Part shown: positions 33,791-45,709 of the stretch, piece by piece
Numbering within the stretch: the stretch's first letter is position 1
Layout of the letters: each line of letters begins with the position of its first letter
DNA from: Ylistrum balloti
Taxonomy: Eukaryota
Assembly (NCBI RefSeq): GCF_031769215.1
Contig: NW_026782328.1
Coordinates: 1,488,001-1,552,000 of the forward strand
Reading direction: 5' to 3'
Length of the DNA stretch: 64,000 nt
The notes under the pieces: model-generated
What the model saw: the letters and a program-made list of their open reading frames with translations, nothing else
Database searches by the model: none
Told to the model about the DNA's origin: nothing
Translations under genes and position numbers: made by a program

Positions 33791-35965
33791 GAACAACCAA
33801 TCATTTATGATGGTGGGCTAAAGCTGGCATCTTTAAGTCCTAAAATGGCTTTAATAGGAAAAGACTCAAAATGAAAAATATACTTCAATTATATAGTGGC
33901 AAAATTTATTACATGTAGTTTTTAACCGGCTAAGTACAGAACAAATGTACAATTGGAATGATAAATCTTTATGCAACATCTTATACAAATTTAAAAATGT
34001 ATACACAATATAATGTTTAGCATAAAGGAAATAATAGCATTTTATGCTTATATGCAATAGCACTATAAGAATTAACTGCTTTTACACACAAGATGATAAA
34101 AAAATTTATATATCATTCATTCAAGATATTGTGAAAATAATGATATTAAAAGCTTGTGACAAAATTTACAGAAAATGTTAACCCCAAGACTTGAGATCAC
34201 CATCAATTTTCAAATACATGTACCAAATTGAATTCTATTACTTTGATACAATACAAGTATTCAAATGTCCATGCACAAAGCAATAAATTGTCCCAACAAA
34301 TTAGGGCCTACACCTCTGAAAAAATGAAATCATTCTACAGCAGATTAGGACTTAAATAACAATTACTAATTGGTTTATTCTGCCTTACTTGACCAGAACT
34401 AGATCCAGAAAACTCCTATATTCTTGTTAATATTTTTTTCCAGTTTTGCCTAATTCTTTCGGTATCATGAAAATGTTAGTTACATTCCTGTATATATTGT
34501 GTGTCAATAACCGGCCCTAAAGATGATAAGTGATTGAAAATCCTGTCTTATTGATGCCCTTGTCTGTTACAAGGCATTAAAATAAAAAAAAAAAACATCT
34601 TTTTTTCCCCCTTAGCTTCATCTAAGTAGGAGAAAACTTTCAATGATTTTCCTATTTCCTGAAAGTCTGATAGTCAGGAATTCTGTTAGATGATAATCTC
34701 CATGTCAAATTATGGTACCATAAAAATTACATCCTTAAATCCCAATAAAACGATATACTAGCATCCTAAAGTCCCTATGTCAAAATATGGTAGCATATAT
34801 CCTTAAGTCATCCTAAAGTCCTCATGTCATTATGTATACAGACATTGAAAGACTTTTCTTCATTCAGACAAATATTCCACTGCTACACCATGTTAACTGC
34901 CCTCTAAATTTGGTAGTATACTGATGAGAATTATATATACATGTATATATATATATCTTTTGCTTACCAGATACAAAGCATGGTAACGGCTTGTTCATTA
35001 TTGCGATAACTCGTATTACGATAGAATGTAATGTTATCCTGTTAAAAATCAACAAGTTACAAAGTGGTTGTTAAATACATAAGAAGGTGTATGAAGGAAC
35101 AAGTCCCTTGTTTAATATAGTAGTGTATTAACCGAGCGTAACGAGTGCAGCCTCTTGAAGCTTGCATGGGAGATGGGGGCACTGAGAAGTTTGGAGTTGC
35201 AGGTTTTAGTGGAAGCAGGATCATACCCAAAAAAAGATTTTATATATCATATATTTCTATATCTTTACATTTGAAGAGATTTCTGGACTTGTATAGTCAA
35301 ACAGATTCTGTCATATATCCATTACAAAAAATAGGTTTTGTACACAAATATGATATCAGTTGAGCTGGGGTTACAGGTGGATTGTGAAGTGTAAGCTAGC
35401 TATTGCACGTACAGACATAATTGAGGCACTTCTGTCGTGATTGCTGGCAACATGTAGGATCAACCTGCTGCCTACCAAATGAAAATACATATTTCTTTTG
35501 TAAAAATGAACAGTATTTCATGCTAAATCTCAGCTTTAAAACACAAAGCAATACAAAATTTCATAAGAAGACTATTCACAGTTGAGGACATCTTGTACAG
35601 TTTTAAAATTAAAACTACTGTAAAATCATTCATTTTAGAGGGGATTTTATTTTGGTTAAATTCTTGGTTACTGTTCGTCCACAAATTAAATCTTCATGAA
35701 ATGAAAAACAGATAAAAATTGACATATGTGATAGTGCTGGACCAGTGGATTTTGTGAACAAGATTTATCCATGAAATCTAGTGCCAACGAAAATGCATTT
35801 TTTTTTTTATAAAACAATGAAATTTGAGTTGAATGAAAATTTAAAAGTAATACACTGTACGTAGAATCAGATGACTATATCCATGTAGGTTGATTTCCAA
35901 ACTGATTTGTAAGATCAGTGGAATATCTCATCATGACAAAGTAATTTTATGTTACAAAGGGTGTT

Positions 35966-36625
35966 CAACAAGAGGCCAATGGTTATCTGACTACAAAACT
36001 TTCAGCAGGGAGAAGGGTAATTTTTTCTACTTTGAATGAAATCTTACTAAGAAGCTGTTTTCCATGATGCAGATAGTAGTTTTGGTGAGGAGTAGGTAAC
36101 TGTAACAAGTGCTACCTATTTTTCGACTGTAAAGCTGGAGCTCAATCCCACTGGTGAAACATGAGAAGAAGTCTGAAATAGGTGTTGCACAGGAAAACCA
36201 TGATTGTGCTAGCATGTTAAAATATGGCCTCCCTGACTGCTGTGTCGAAGTTTTGACAGGTAAAAAAATAATAACATTTTGTTGGCTACCTTTCCTTCCC
36301 ATTCCTACCAGTTCTTAGCTCAATGGTACCAGTGGTACTGGGAAAGAAGTTTAAAACATGTTTTTCAAGATGGCAGCCATAGTGGCCATCTTGGATTTCA
36401 GACATACCAAAAAAATTACAACACATGGCTAGGAGCATCTCAGGATCATTTCATGCAAGTTTGAGCTCAATCCCGCTGGTGGAACTTGAGAAGAAGTTCA
36501 AAATGTCAAAAGTTTACGCATGACGAATGGCAGACAGCACACAGCACACAGTCACGGCGGATGACGTTGGATGAAGCATGACGGTTCTAAGTAATTATGA
36601 CCCTTTGGGTCAGATGACCTAACAA
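35966..36625 (-). mobile_element. HINE/Helentron-like non-autonomous element
   Basis: The minus-strand 5' end TTGTTAGGTCATC is followed by the palindrome TGACCC-AAA-GGGTCA, a (CTGTGTG)-like microsatellite and AATCCAAGATGGC boxes. The other end reads AACAAGAGGCC on the plus strand. Confidence 0.65.
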
Positions 36626-39600
36626 AAGTATATATCAATGCTGTGGAGGACCTGGAATGTTTTGGCTGTAAATAAATATTGCTGAGTTGACACAAAACAG
36701 TTCACTTTACATAAAAGTACATTTTTAAGATTATCATTGTAAGGCCGTTGGATGAATGCAATACACACATATAACACTCACTTTACCATCAGCAGCATGT
36801 GGTAGTGTGTTGAGCATTTTCTCAGAGATAACAACAAAATTGGAGTATCCTAACTACATGTACATGTATGCATAGTGATGATGATTTATATTCCGTAAAA
36901 GGTCTTCAAGTATTGACTAAAAGATGAAAGATCTCATTCAGAACTGATGGTACAATGGGCCAACACAAGTTTTCACTGCCTGAAAACAAATATGGTGCTA
37001 AGCCTGCCAATTTTGTTTGTTTTTGCTTAGCTTCACAAAGTGATTGAACTTTATATCTAAACACCAAATTGGGTCAATTACATCTACAAAGCAAATAGGT
37101 GAAGTATATGTTAATGATGACTAAAATTGTCTTTATAATATACATTTGTATGATGATATACCCGGTACAGATGATGAAGTTATGTACCAATAAAGCCCAC
37201 ATATCAAAAATAACCATGAATTACAATCCACTGTACATTCAATGTTAAAGATAATATATCACATTTCACATAAATGGAAAATCATAAAAACAAAAACTTA
37301 AAAAAAAAGAAGAAACTAAAAATTGTGCAACGGTGGGAATAATATATCACATTTTGCAGAATAATGAAAATGGACGGAAATAAACTAAGGCTTGTATTTG
37401 AGGCAAATCAGACTAAAGATGTGACTTACAGACTATATAAAACCTTAAGTTGTAGATTCAAGACAACAATTGTTTCAGTTCATCAACTAAGTCGTCTAAG
37501 TAATGACTTGCAACCAGTTTGTTTTCATTTATCTAAGTTGAAACAGTCCACTGGCAATGTCAATGTGATACTGTAAATGTACATAGTTTAGTGTTAATCT
37601 TTTTCAGTATTTATCACACAGAGATAATTGTGCTAAAATATTATTCATCTTATTGCAGTTTCTGTACATTGCTTACATATGTATAGCAATTATCACCGAT
37701 TGTGCCAAAATTTAGTACATTTATACACTAAACACTGATGGTGGACCTATGTAACATGTGGAGCACAAATTAAACCAGTTTGACACTGTGTAAAATGATA
37801 CAGTAAAGTATTCATTTTGTTGTTGAAAAACTTCTGACTACCTTGTACCATTTTTGAGTCAAAATTTATATTTTGGACAAGCACAATTGGATCCCTCTAG
37901 TTGTTTTCTTTTGATAATTCTTGTCAGATTCAAATTGATAGATGAAAGCAACCTGGTTCTTAATTCATTATCTCTGAATACAAAATTATTGTTATTGTAG
38001 ACAATAACCAGTATTATACAATGGACAAGAGATGTTATACTTTTCATAATAATTAACAGTATATTTACAGGTAATTCAATATTTCTATTTCTTTCACTTT
38101 ACACCAGTGATACTTCAGCCTGATAATATTTCATAAACACAGTAAGCAGAATAAACTGAAAATATGACATGCTGACTCTTAATGATATCATATATGACAC
38201 TACTTTAGTACAAATTGTATCAAGTACAGAATCCACAACTGTATGTTTTGATGCCATCCTAATTTGTGTGAACAGGGTTAAACTATTGTATACTGAAAAA
38301 TCTTACTTCCAAAAGTGCACTTACAACACGGAGTGACTATCAATTTAGAAATAGACAATAACTTCTGATACAGAAATAGATTTCAGAATACTTCTACCAC
38401 AATCAGTGAGCATACTCAACTACCAAGGCATCAATTAATCACTCATACTATTGTTTAAACATTTAAGTTGTACCACATGAGGAATAACACTTTAAAATGT
38501 TTTGATTGGCAGACAGAATGAACTTCCACCCAAAGGGCACTTCATGCACACATGGAAATTAGAACATGTAATGAGTAGTTCACAAATGTTTTTTTAATAA
38601 TTTGAATCAATAATTTGATTGTGGTAGAAACTGGTAACACAAACTCATGATTGTTATAATAAGCATTTCTTTCACTCTTGTAAGATAATATTCATAAGTT
38701 ACAAAAATACTGGCTTAAGCTTGTGTTCTTTTCTGACTTTTGAAATATAAGAACTTGAGTGAAAGAAATATAATATTCCACAACCACCCTTTGTGTAGCC
38801 TCTATGTAAACAATATTTAGAATACATAAGATATTTTTTCAATACACAATTTTGGCAATACACAAATATCTTGCGTCTTTTTAACAAACATGTTGGTTGA
38901 GTGTGTATCTCACACATCAATGAATAAGTAATGAAAATATCTTTCCAGGAAATATAATGTTTTAAGATCTTTTAAAAATTGCTATGGATAAAGTTTGTAA
39001 CAAATGAAAAAAAAAACCCATGTACAATATCCAAATGAGTCAATGACAAAAAGACATGTCACTCTGACGTTCTAAAATACCTACTAAGGCAGTCAATTTT
39101 TTATATGGCAAGAAACATTTAAACAAAAACAAAGTCCTACAGAAACATTTCTGCAGTTAGCACAATTTCTGACAAGAGTAAAATGTTAGATACAGTAATT
39201 TATGAAAAACTTCCCATCAAGTCAGCCATCTTAGAAGTCTGTTTCATACACATGTTATTCATAACTTCAGAATATTAATTTTGATAGTCCTAGTTTTTTT
39301 TCTATAAACAATAATTTTTTATGATAATTGTGATCTATTTTCACAAATACATTTTGATTCCTGAAATGATTTATTTTTCTAAGATAAAAAAAAATCTAAA
39401 CCTAAAGTCTGAACAGGTCATCCGATTCCATCCCCTTACACACCATGACATGTTTATAATATCTTTTAATAAATCCTTGAAACTGGCAAAACCAAATTGA
39501 AAAAAAAAAAACAAAATTAATATTCCTAAGACAAAAATAATTCACATAACTACCTTCTGAGATGGCTAACTAGAAAAGCAGTTATTGGTGGATCAACTGT

Positions 39601-39929
39601 ATTTTATTTTTCACTTCTGTTATAACTACTGTACAGACACCTATATATCATTCCATGCATTCAATAAATATACAAACCTAAATATAATGTCCTCCTCATC
39701 GACCCCAAATATTCAAGAGAAAAATTGGAAAATCTGTGATGTCAAAATATAATATATAATTTCCTGAAGTTTGAGCTGATTTTGATGTACAAGTTGATTA
39801 TATTTTCTCTGGTTTAAAGAGAAAAAAATACCAAAACATCTGTAGCATAATGCTCCATCTATACATGAGTTTAGCATCTCAATATGGTCAAAATTTGCTG
39901 TGTACCCCTTTGTAAACTAATATGACTGA

Positions 39930-42900
39930 TCACGAAGGTGGGTGGAGTTTCCGCTGTATAGTATATTGTACTGTCTCCAGACTGTCGTCATCCAACTCTC
40001 TTATCAGTATCATCACTGCTTGTAATATATGGGCATTCTATAACATAAATCAAAGTACTGAATTTAAATAACAAGAGCAAAGGTCAAACTAAAAAATAAC
40101 TTTGATTTTACAAACAATTTCACAACTGATACAGGGAATGGAAATGTAGTTATATTATCATTGTACTGTATCACTGCAATAAGCTCAGGAGGCCAACACA
40201 TAACCTCTGACCCGAAGTCAGGGGGTGGGCTTATTGCTAGGCATGGGTTTACTCACTTTACTGCTGGATAAATGCTGTACCTTATGAGCTGCAGTGTAGA
40301 CATGACCACTTTTTTCTATAATCATAATAATCCTGGAGCCTCTTCATTCATGAGGACAAACTGTTTAGTTCGCACTTTAAAAGTCACATTTTTGGGCTTA
40401 AATCACATTCACTATCCAGCAAGGGATCGAAATGAAAAGTTGTATTTCAATAATCTACCAATGAAGTATATGGAGACAATAGTACTGAGTATTAAGAACT
40501 GACATGACAATGTCTTACCCGTGACGTCATTGCACTTGCTGGAACAGGCCTTGTGGATGTGATCTTCTCAAATGGTAGTGGCTTTAATCCAACCTCTTGT
40601 CTAATTTTGCTGAAATGTTAAAAGTGAAGTGTAAAACAAAAGTTGCCCAAAAGAGACATCTTCAGTGATTCTGAACTAAAAACAATGGTCTAATAAGATA
40701 GAGATCTACATCTAATACATTTAAAACTGAAATCACTGAATACATACTGGATACTGTTTCATTTCTCATAGAATTTTGGGACTAGTAACATGCAGTAACA
40801 CTTTCATTGGTCAAGCTTCAACAATTGTAGGTATAAAAAAAATATGTATTCTGTTATTCTGATGGTGACTCTCACATCAAATCTAATTTGAATTGCTTCA
40901 TTGCTCCAAGAGAGAAAAGAGACTAAATTTGTTTAAATTTGTGAAGAAACCATGATTATGAACACTGGTACAATATCACAGGTCAGGAACCAGAAAATGT
41001 CTGTAAATCAACAATGTCTCCACACTTGTGTTCCTTAGCTGTTTGACAAATTATGCAGAAATAGTAACAAAGCATTGAACCATAAACCCATTTGAGATAT
41101 TCTCATTATATTGTAATACCTTGGTGTAAAGTTGTATCAAAATCCCCAGACAAACAAAGTTACTAAAATGATGTTACTGAATTTGTTGATAATTTCCTAT
41201 AAATAGTAAGTGACTTTGATTATCATAGTTACCGTTTTGTACAATTTATCAAAATGCATTAAAAGAATGAACTTTAAGATTGAATTTTGAATTGGAAGGA
41301 TGGATGGGATGGGACTGGACTATCTTCGGTGCCTAGGTGAAAATAGCACCATCCTTTATTCAAGCGATAGTGAGATTTTCACCTGGGGTTGAGGATGAAT
41401 TAGGGACAGGATATATGTGAAACACAAGTAAAACTCACTTTGTTTCTTCCCATGTTAGTGTAACAGGATCCAGCACAGCACTTTTATGAGGTTTGAAATC
41501 TTTGTCCTTGACATTGGAACTCTCCTCTGTAACCTTAACCTCTGTCATAGATTCATCAGAACTTTTCTCATCCTCTCTAACATTATTCTGACTAAAGTGA
41601 CTGGATTCAGGCTCTTTGTCATCAAGAGAGATTAATGAGTCTTGTCCTTGGGCTTCTGTGTTAGTTGCCTCTAAGCCTGTAGCCTCTTCACCAGTGGCCT
41701 CTCTACCAGTGGCCTCTAAACCTGTAGCCTCTTCACCAGTGGCCTCTCTACCAGTGGCCTCTAAACCTGTAGCCTCTTCACCAGTAGCCTCTCTACCAGT
41801 GGCTTCTAAACCTGTAGCCTCTTTACCAGTGGCCTCTCTACCAGTGGCTTCTAAACCTGTAGCCTCTTCACCAGTGGAAACTAAACCAGTGACTTCAGGG
41901 TCCCTGGTGTCATTTGTCAGCAGTTTAGTATCAGCAAATTCAGCTTTTTCACTCTCTGTTACGACTGAAATAATTACATAAGTCATTGAGTTCTGAATTT
42001 TGTCTTTGGACATGTATGATAATACACGTAGAAATTATTTCAATTCAGACAAAAATCAACAGTAATAAATTACATTGATTTCTTATTGTATAGTGTTCAT
42101 CAATTCTTAAAACTCTATTCAATCCTACTGAACATTTCTTTATTTTGTTTTTTAAGATTTATATACATTATTGTATGTTAAAAACCTGCAATTATAATGT
42201 AACACGAGATATTCCATATTTCAAGTAAGAACATTACAAACATACCATATTTAACTTTCCATAAGCCCTTTGTCTATCAACAAGTCTATATCTACTGCTG
42301 TTCAGCACAATCACCAACAAATTGCATTGTTCTGTAACAAGCTCACCTCATGACACAACAGAAATTGTGTGTAAGAGTTCTTGCAGGATGAACACAATAC
42401 ATGGAAGTGAAATACTAATACACATGCAGGGATTAATCTAGACAAATATTACTATTGGATAAAGGTAGTACACTATATTCCCCACATGTTATGTTTCCCT
42501 CTCTCCCATCAAGAGAATATACTGTAAACATGGGGAAATAACACCTCCAAATAGGGAAATTTTCCAATAAAACAGAGCCAATTAGTTTAACCAAACATAT
42601 TTCCAAATCATGCAGTCATGAAAAGGGATTATCAATCAAACCTCATCATAGTATTTTTATCCTATCCCTCCTTTGAATTCTGACCAAAACAGCTGGTTGA
42701 ACTTTTTCCATTTCTTAAAATAGGCCAAGAACTCACCTTTTCTACAATGGGTAGTATTTCTCAAACTCTAGATCTTAGCATCAAGTTTCAAGGATACTGA
42801 TTTTCTATATCAATATGTGATTTTATTTATAGTACTGCAGACCCATGTACTGACCTGATGACCTGGACATGACAATGGCAGAACCATAAATATTAAGAGA

Positions 42901-45329
42901 TACAATGTACATCTATAGTTTTACAACAAAGAAAAACTGTTTTCGAATGTATTTCTTTGAGAGAATATGGTTTTTTAAGTGGATAAAACTTGTATTCATG
43001 TAATGTAAACTCAATCATTTAACTCACAAGTATGCTGTGGCAGACTTACCAATGTTGTCCAGCTTTTGTAGGGTTGGCAGTGTTTTTAGTACAATTGATC
43101 TGTAGTTTTCAGTGTCTGCACATGGGTTGTCGGCAAGCCACAGATTCCGTAATCGTGGCAATGTGGCAAGATGATTGATTTCTGAGAGGTCTTTAATCTT
43201 ATTTTTTCTTATGTAAAGTTCTTGTAAATTTGGACAGTAAGAAAAATCTTCTAATGTTGTTATGCTATTGACACTGAAAAAAATAGAGCATTTTATTAAC
43301 TTGTGTCATGCCACAAATGAAATTTTAGAATGTTCCATAAGTATTACATGGAAAATAGGCATAATGAAAAAGAACTGTCAAAATCCATTGTGACTACTTG
43401 TGGCCTTTTTTCATCTCCTCTATCATTTCAAAAACTGAATACTCACAATATGCCAATTTAAAAACAGCACTAACAAATTGCTACTATCAAAATCCAATAT
43501 GGCCAGATGATGGCCTTTTAGTTTTTCCAAAAAGTTTACATTCAACATGTACAACTTGGAACATTATTTAATACCTAGCTACTTTTTTTAATGGAAAAGA
43601 TTTAATAAGGAGAGTCTATTAAAGGCTCTTAATGATTTGCCCTTTTAATTGCATTTTTGTATAATTACCTGAGACTGCAGACTTCTAGGTTAGGCATTCT
43701 GCGAACCACACTGACATTTTCTATATCAGAGCCCCTGGGAAATAGACAAAATACTACATGATAAATGTTTTGTTCTATTTTATAAAATGTTCATGCAACA
43801 TATAAGACTGAATAATTTTTGTAACCCAGGGTTTATATTGTGGATTATTTGTGTTCAAAGATTTTGAGGCAGTTGATGAAGCAGTCAATATTTTGGTGAA
43901 TTGTGTTAGAATGATCTAATTAACATTGATGCTATGTTGTACAATTGTAGTATCTCAAGTGAAATGACTTCCTTGGGGTTCAGGTGGGGTCAACTGGGGT
44001 AGGGTGGAATGGGGTAAGGTGTGTGTGTGTGGAGTAGAGGGTGTAATGAACATGTGTGGGGTAGGTAGTAAAGTGTGGGTGGTAAGTGTCAAGTGGATAG
44101 TGGGCAGTTAGATGGAGGGTTATTAGGTTTCATATGAATATGTGTAGAATAGTGTGTAAGCAGACATCTGGTATGGGGAGGACATGTGTAGGGTGCAAAG
44201 ATGTCTCACAAACATAAGATAAGTTTATTTCCATTCTGAACTTGCGTATATGTAAGTTCTCTATACCAGGCTCAAAAATACATATAAAGTATTACAATTT
44301 TAAATACATATAAAATATTATGCATTATTTCTTGGGTTACATTGTTAGTTTAAGTATTACCATAACTTAGTGATTTCAGTCCTGCATTAAAAAATCAGTT
44401 CTTGGTTTTTCCAGTATTGGTCTAACTCATTTTTATACTTATTAATATTTTTTGCAGAATTAGCTTGTTCTAGTAATTCATTCCAAATCTCAATACCAAT
44501 CTATTTGAAAAAAAGTCTTAGTAGTGTAGAATCATGCTTTAGAGAAATTGTTTTAGATTTTACTTGATAGCTTTGTCATTGAGTGGTGTCATCCCATAAT
44601 ATGGCTGAATAACAGCATTCCTGGTTATACATTTGTATATTCCATAATTTTATAAAGTTCTGTCATTCATGCTCTAACTTTCTTGAAGGCTTAGTTTTTT
44701 AATCTCTGGCTGTTGTCAAGGTATCACATGCCAATGAGATATATAGTTGCCCTTCTTATACTCTCTCTATTTTGTCAATATGCTTTCTGATTTGGTGCCC
44801 ACAAAGGACTAGTGTAATCCAAGTGTTAGCATATTAGACATTGATGTAACGGAATAAAACATTTTTGGCCCATAAACTGGAATGTTCTTCTTATAAGACC
44901 AAAAATAGAGTTCGCTTTCTTTAGTTTTTCGCTTATGTGATTGTCGAATGATAATGGATGTGTATGAGAGTGGGTGGGGGTCAACAGATACATGTGGGAG
45001 TGGTAAGTGCAACGGACATGTGCTGTTACAAGCATTGATGTCAAATTCAGTGTTTTTATATGCACCATATGTGCTGTGTGAAACATTGATATTATCTATA
45101 TAATATATGACTCCGATAATTGTTTTATATTTCTGTCATTTCACATAACACGTACGATGCTTGTGGTGTTATCACATTCCGTTGGTCAAGATTGAGTCAT
45201 TCGACACTCTCATTTAAAAACGAATATATATATTTACCAAAAATTCAGTTTCTTGACACTTTCAAGATCAGAAGCTCTAGTCCTTGCCAGAACGAGTGCG
45301 TCTGTTAGCTTTTCTTCCTGATATTCCAT
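39930..45329 (-). CDS. CFAP410: Cilia- and flagella-associated protein 410 (C21orf2/LRRC76), leucine-rich repeat protein, 368 aa
   Basis: complement(join(39930..40037,40519..40609,41439..41964,43050..43273,43669..43734,45238..45329)), 1107 nt. The N-terminus is [54 protein letters not shown]...[11 protein letters not shown]...[11 protein letters not shown]...[10 protein letters not shown]. The C-terminus is [15 protein letters not shown] and [20 protein letters not shown]. Confidence 0.95.
41672..41866 (-). repeat. Coding 15-bp tandem repeat (13 x EATG[L/R/K/E]) within CFAP410 coding exon 4
   Basis: It translates in frame as [14 protein letters not shown](K/E) triplets, giving a 45-bp higher-order period. 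Confidence 0.92.
44690..44960 (-). mobile_element. Short decayed CR1/L2-type RT fragment in CFAP410 intron 1
   Basis: It translates [34 protein letters not shown], followed by an IDKIERV-like remnant. Confidence 0.7.
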
Positions 45330-45709
45330 GATTGGTTTGTTCAATCCGAAAACTACAAAACTAAAACCAAACGCACGGCAATGTTTTGACCGGAAGTTAT
45401 AAACAGAAACTACAAACTTCGGAAATATTATAGCCATGTTTAATTATATTGATTAATGACAAAGTGTGAATACTAATTTGAATATTTAAGAATTCTTCGT
45501 TAACACTGAAGTTCTTAGATATCAAAATGTCATGAGAAATAAGAACTAATGATTTAAACGTTTTCTTATTTCCGGTCAGTTCCGCAGATAATGGCGACCA
45601 TTTTGAAACAAGGCTGAGCGGGAACATTGAAATGGATCCTGTGCAACATAAAATGTTAATTCATTAGAATCGGCTCAGTGGATTTCCAAGTAGCTATATC
45701 CATGTGGAC
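45330..45709. promoter_or_regulatory. Shared bidirectional promoter region between CFAP410 (-) and ESPL1 (+)
   Basis: The divergent ATGs are at 45329 and 45710. Motifs: CCGGAAGT (ETS) at 45390-45397, GGCGA-CCAT-TTTGAA (CDE/CHR-like) at 45593-45607, and GCGGGAA (E2F-like) at 45618-45624. Confidence 0.7.

Noticed and set aside
35130-36110. Possible additional minus-strand exons downstream of CFAP410
   Set aside because: Acceptor-like sites exist, but I found no sustained open frame or recognisable homology.
42736-42800. Possible extra CFAP410 exon ending in AAG|GTGAGT
   Set aside because: The frames compatible with the flanking phase-1 junctions contain stops.
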